Source: a virus. Taken from it: a stretch of DNA of 64,000 bases. Each line of letters begins with the position of its first letter. The stretch's first letter is position 1. Location: the IMG/VR virus record IMGVR_UViG_3300045125_000031, positions 1-64,000 of that record; one strand, 5' to 3'. Of this stretch, positions 60,555-64,000 are shown in pieces. The position numbers were made by a program, and so were the translations under genes. The notes beneath the pieces were generated by a model. The model made no database searches and was not told the DNA's origin. It saw only the letters and a list, made by a program, of their open reading frames with translations.

Positions 60555-61267
60555 GCTGATGACCTAACTCATTAATATCAGTCATGATTACGACACAATA
60601 CTTTGTACCGCTCTTCATAGGAAGAGACGCATGCTCATAAATGTAGTTAGATGGGAATACAGCAATATCTCCAACCTTTGGTGTAAGAGTATAGCCGTCT
60701 AATCTTGGAAATTGTATTTCTCCGCCTTCGTAGTCATCATTGATATAGATAACAGCAGAGACAGTTGCATTATATGCTGGACCATGATCTGCGTGAATAT
60801 TAAAGTGTTTTCCTTCGCCTTCATATTTTACAAAATTAAATGCTTCATAATAAATAACATTAATTCCCCAATAACGTGCATAATCATCTATACAAAACTT
60901 TAATTTTTGATAAATTTCTTCATGTAGGTCATAAGTTCTCCATTAAATCTCATCTCTGGGGCCAAGATTTTCTTGCTTGTATTTAAAATCTACAGCATCT
61001 CTTGCTCTTTTAATTGGTGTTGTAGAGTTTGTAACCTGTGCTTCTGACCATTTGTATCTTTTTGTTCCATCTAAATTTGATTCAAGTATTTTAATATATC
61101 TGTCAGCATCATCTTTACTAAAAACATTTCTATAGACGTTTAACCCAAGTCCAGGATTTTCTACAACTATACCATTTGGTAAAGTTTTTGTTGGATATCT
61201 TGTTTGATGCAGTTTCTGAACGATCTTTAGTAAACCAAGGATTCTGGTTTTCATCATAAATTTCCAT
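60544..61267 (-). CDS. 2OG-Fe(II) oxygenase, prolyl-4-hydroxylase-like (#1)
   Basis: The C-half is absent from the ORF track: NIHADHGPAYNATVSAVIYINDDYEGGEIQFP...YEHASLPMKSGTKYC. Confidence 0.87.
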
Positions 61268-61292
61268 ACTGACTAACCTTTCAAAGTTAAAG

Positions 61293-61731
61293 TTATGCTA
61301 CTGTGCTAAAAGAGGTTCCGTCCCTGTTGTATGTTTGTCCAACATATACAGTTTGTCTTTCTGGAATCTTTGCTAAGATCATACCTGCAGCATTTGCAGC
61401 AGCAAACATCTCTGCCTTTGGACCTTCTGACGGTACTGCCATTCTTGCAACAACAACATTGTTAGATAAGAATGCATACAAATTAAAAGAATCTAATTGC
61501 TCTTGTGTAGCATTTAATAGATTAGGGACCTGCAGTTCCTCCAGAAAATGATGAGCCATTGAAAGTTGCTCCATGAAGTGCTGTTTGCTTATATGCACTT
61601 GCATCAATTGCTGAAATAGTTGCTCCAGTTTCATAAACTGTATCAAGATTATCCATTACCTCTGGCTTATTGCTTGAATATATTCCAATAACATCATAAG
61701 CATCATTGTTTTCTACTAATATTGCGTACAT
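61293..61731 (-). CDS. Hypothetical protein with two internal pseudo-repeats (possible partner or chaperone of the upstream FN3 protein)
   Basis: ORFs 61522..61731 and 61293..61646 joined. The halves begin YAILVENN / YAFLSNN and end GATFNGSSF / GQTYNRDGTSF. AGGAG RBS and a TGCTATAAT promoter upstream. Confidence 0.6.
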
Positions 61732-61772
61732 TAATAATCTCCTTTAGTACTTTTATTATAGCATATGTTATT

Positions 61773-61804
61773 TAGTAGGGGCATATCTTCATATACCCCC
61801 ACTA
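61773..61804 (-). terminator. Hairpin directly after the stop of the FN3-PFF gene
   Basis: Minus strand TAGTGGGGGTATAT-GAAG-ATATGCCCCTACTA (14-bp stem with 2 G-U pairs); no clear U tract. Confidence 0.55.
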
Positions 61805-61807
61805 ATT

Positions 61808-62780
61808 TTAACAACCGCATGATCTTCCTGGACAGCATACGCTACATCTCCAACAATATCCACAGAAGCAACTTCCGCCTCCGCCACCAGATGGTGGTGG
61901 TGAGAAACTTGGTGGGAAGAATGGGAAGAACGGGAAGAATGGGAAGAACGGTGGGAAGAATGGGAAGTAAGGGAAGTAAGGGAAGAACGGTGGGAAGAAT
62001 GGGAAGTAAGGGAAGAATGGGAAGAACGGTGGGAAGAACGGGAAGAATGGGAAGAATGGGAAGAATGGTGGGAAGAATGGGAAGAACGGAAAGAATGGAA
62101 GAATGGTGGGAAGAATGGGAAGAACGGGAAGAATGGGAAAAACGGCGGGAAGAACGGGAAGAATGGTGGCGTGGTATTAACACTATTTGTAGTTACACCA
62201 GTTGACTCTCCACATGCATTTGTAAGATAAATTGTATAAGTTTGAGAACCTGGGATACTCCAGGGTCGTTAGCAGTATATGATGTGCAGAACCAGATATA
62301 CCAGTATAACTTGATCCATCCGAACCAGTGATTCTGATTGATGTTGATTGCAGTACCTCCAGTTGCTGATCCTGCTGGAAGAGTCCATGATATTGTGTTT
62401 GTGTTAGCAGATGTAGCAGATGCTGAAACACCTGTAGGATTGTTTGGTCTTGTTGTAACTGTTACGGAAGATGAAGCAGATGATGCTGCTGATGTTCCAG
62501 AAGCATTAGTTGCTGTTACTGTAAAAGTAGGTGTTGTTCCTGCAGCAATTCCAGTCACAGTAATTGGAGATGATGCTCCAGTTCCTGTTTGACCAGTGCT
62601 TGCTGTAACTGTATAAGATGTTGCTGGAGGAGAACCTGCGGTAATTCAAATGGCAACTGACACAGCACCATCGTTGTATGCTCTACCACTACATGTTTGT
62701 TGGAACAACACTTAATTGGTGGCTTTGGCTCCAAGAAGTCATTTGCTGCTGTGACTTTCTACCTACTTTTTAGTTGCCAT
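61808..62780 (-). CDS. Two fibronectin-type-III domains, Pro-Phe-Phe repeat, Gly linker and 8-Cys C-terminal peptide (probable virion appendage protein)
   Basis: ATG at 62780 with AGGGG RBS. FN3 motifs PATSYTVTAS...ITVTGI......TFTVTATNASGTS and PNNPTGVSA...TISWTLP...TYTIYLTNACGES. Then TTPPFFPFF-(PPFFPFFPFFPFF)x6-PPSFSPPPSGGGGGSCFCGYCWRCSVCCPGRSCGC* (TAA at 61808-61810). Requires correcting a few indels, one inside the repeat at ~62098. Confidence 0.85.
61910..62169 (-). repeat. Coding tandem repeat: 9-nt CCN-TTC-TTC units nested in a 39-nt higher-order unit
   Basis: 26 P-[F/Y]-F triplets. Variation is confined to synonymous third positions (CCA/CCG/CCT, TTC/TTT) plus three F-to-Y changes. 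Confidence 0.92.
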
Positions 62781-62803
62781 TATTTATTCCCCTTTACTGT
62801 AAA

Positions 62804-64000
62804 TTACTTAAGATCTCCGTAAACAATCCAGGTATTTGCTGCTCTCTTCAATAGAGTTGCAGATGACCATTGTGTACGTAGAGTTAATCCTGGAGTAGCA
62901 TTTACAGTTACTCCTGCGCCTGCTGCAATTGCAACTGCGCCTGTATTTGTCTGAAGAACATCTGATAGAAGTTCCTATTGGGAAATTCGAGGTCGACTGC
63001 AGGAATTGTAACGTTTACTGCTGAACCACCAGTGTGAGAAACCTCAATAAGTGAATCTCTTTCGAGTAATGCTCGCAAGAGTACTACGCTGTTTTTCTGA
63101 ATAATTGGTGTTCGTGAAGGTACACCTTCCTTTGTTTGTGTTCCGTCTCGTAAATGCAACACCGCTTGCTGCAACGGTTACTGTTCCAGTAAATGTTGGT
63201 TTTGCAAGTGGTGCTTTTGCTGCAAGAGAAGTTGTTGCAGTTGTAGCAAAGTTTGCATCGTCACCAAGTGCTGCTGCAAGTTCATCAAGAGTGTTGAGTG
63301 CTGCTGGAGCAGATGCGATTACTGCATTTATTGAGATGTTGCATCTGCAATTGCTTCTACTTTGCAGTTGCGATTGCTGTTGACTTGTGCTATTGATACT
63401 GGCTTATTTGGCATCTGATGTGTTGTCAACATTGCCAAGACCTACCATTGACTTTGTAACACCAGATACTGTTCCAGTAAATGTTGGTGATTCAAGATCT
63501 GCCTTTGCAGCAAAGACTTGTTGAAAGTCCATCAATCTTGACTGTGCAATTGCTGCTGAAGCATTAATATCAGCATTTACAATTGTGTCCGTTTTCAATC
63601 TTTGCAGATGTAACGGCTCCATCAACAATCTTTGATGTTGTTCACAGAGTCTCCGCAAGTTTGTCTGCGGTTACGTTGGAGTCAACAATCTTTGCAGTTG
63701 TAACTGTATTATCTGTTGGTGTTCTTGTATCTGATAAACGAGCATCGTCTGTAAGCACAAGATCTGCAGTATCTAAAATTCCATGTATGTTTGTTGTGTC
63801 TGCTCTGTATGATCTTCAATTTCTGAAGACAAGGCCAATGCTGATGTATCGTCAATTCCATGTACATTAGTTGTATATGATCCATGTGTTGAAATAGCAT
63901 CAGTTACATAAGATTCTGTTGCAAGTTCACCTGTATCTAAAATTCCGTGAACATTTTGTGTAAGTAAGTTATGAGTTCCTACTTCACCAACTGCTGCGGT
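62804..64000 (-). CDS. Tail fibre-like protein (5' part lies outside the window)
   Basis: Repeated T.NVHGI.DT..L units; VTKSMVGLGNVDNTSDANKP; APAALNTLDELAAALGDDANFAT..LAAKAPLA.PTFTGTV fibre motifs; C-terminal module FPIGT...TVNATPGLTLRTQWSSATLLKRAANTWIVYGDLK*. Confidence 0.75.

Noticed and set aside
61910-62169. Possible CRISPR array or non-coding satellite
   Set aside because: There are no unique spacers; the period is 9/39 nt with codon-structured variation.
61765-62205. ORF-track proteins with GRMGRT/EEWEE (plus strand) or LPILPILP (minus strand) repeats
   Set aside because: These are shadow frames of the PFF repeat; only the PFF frame makes unit-to-unit variation synonymous and links to the FN3 domains.
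1-64000. Pervasive broken ORFs suggesting mass pseudogenisation, programmed frameshifts or stop-codon reassignment
   Set aside because: Breaks are single-base indels that hit essential genes (MCP, portal, TerL, DnaE) and shift frame rather than showing one recurrent in-frame stop. Long clean ORFs use the standard code. This is consistent with sequencing error.
1-64000. tRNA genes, integrase/att sites, diversity-generating retroelement
   Set aside because: No cloverleaf, recombinase or reverse transcriptase motifs, and no TR/VR repeat pair, were found by eye; intergenic gaps are short.

Overview
This window is 64 kb of a large, AT-rich tailed dsDNA phage with a siphovirus layout. Every credible gene is on the minus strand. 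The sequence carries many single-base indels (long-read or unpolished consensus), so most genes are split across several ORFs in the supplied track; I rejoined them by eye and gene ends are approximate. In transcription order (64 kb to 1) the genes are: a tail-fibre-like gene; a two-FN3-domain protein ending in a long Pro-Phe-Phe repeat and an 8-Cys peptide; a ~9 kb block of modification enzymes (8 prolyl-4-hydroxylase-like 2OG-Fe(II) oxygenases, 2 DUF6065-like proteins, an SDR, an FkbM methyltransferase); class II RNR; a large virion protein; portal, protease/scaffold, major capsid, head-tail genes and major tail protein; two paralogous tail assembly chaperones; a ~3,300 aa tape measure protein with an internal kinase-like domain; tail-tip genes; a replication/recombination block (DnaB, primase, SSB, DnaE, RecA, resolvases, Cas4-like nuclease); terminase; two exported surface-type proteins and a JmjC/cupin gene; and a lysis cassette with a CHAP endolysin. 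The gene set and several leaderless-type promoters suggest an actinobacterial host, possibly a freshwater low-GC lineage (inference only). The best candidate for an undescribed system is the FN3-(PFF)n-Cys8 protein, which the ORF track misses because of a frameshift, lying just upstream of the hydroxylase array and looking like a substrate plus dedicated modification cluster. No tRNA, rRNA, CRISPR array, integrase or IS element was seen.
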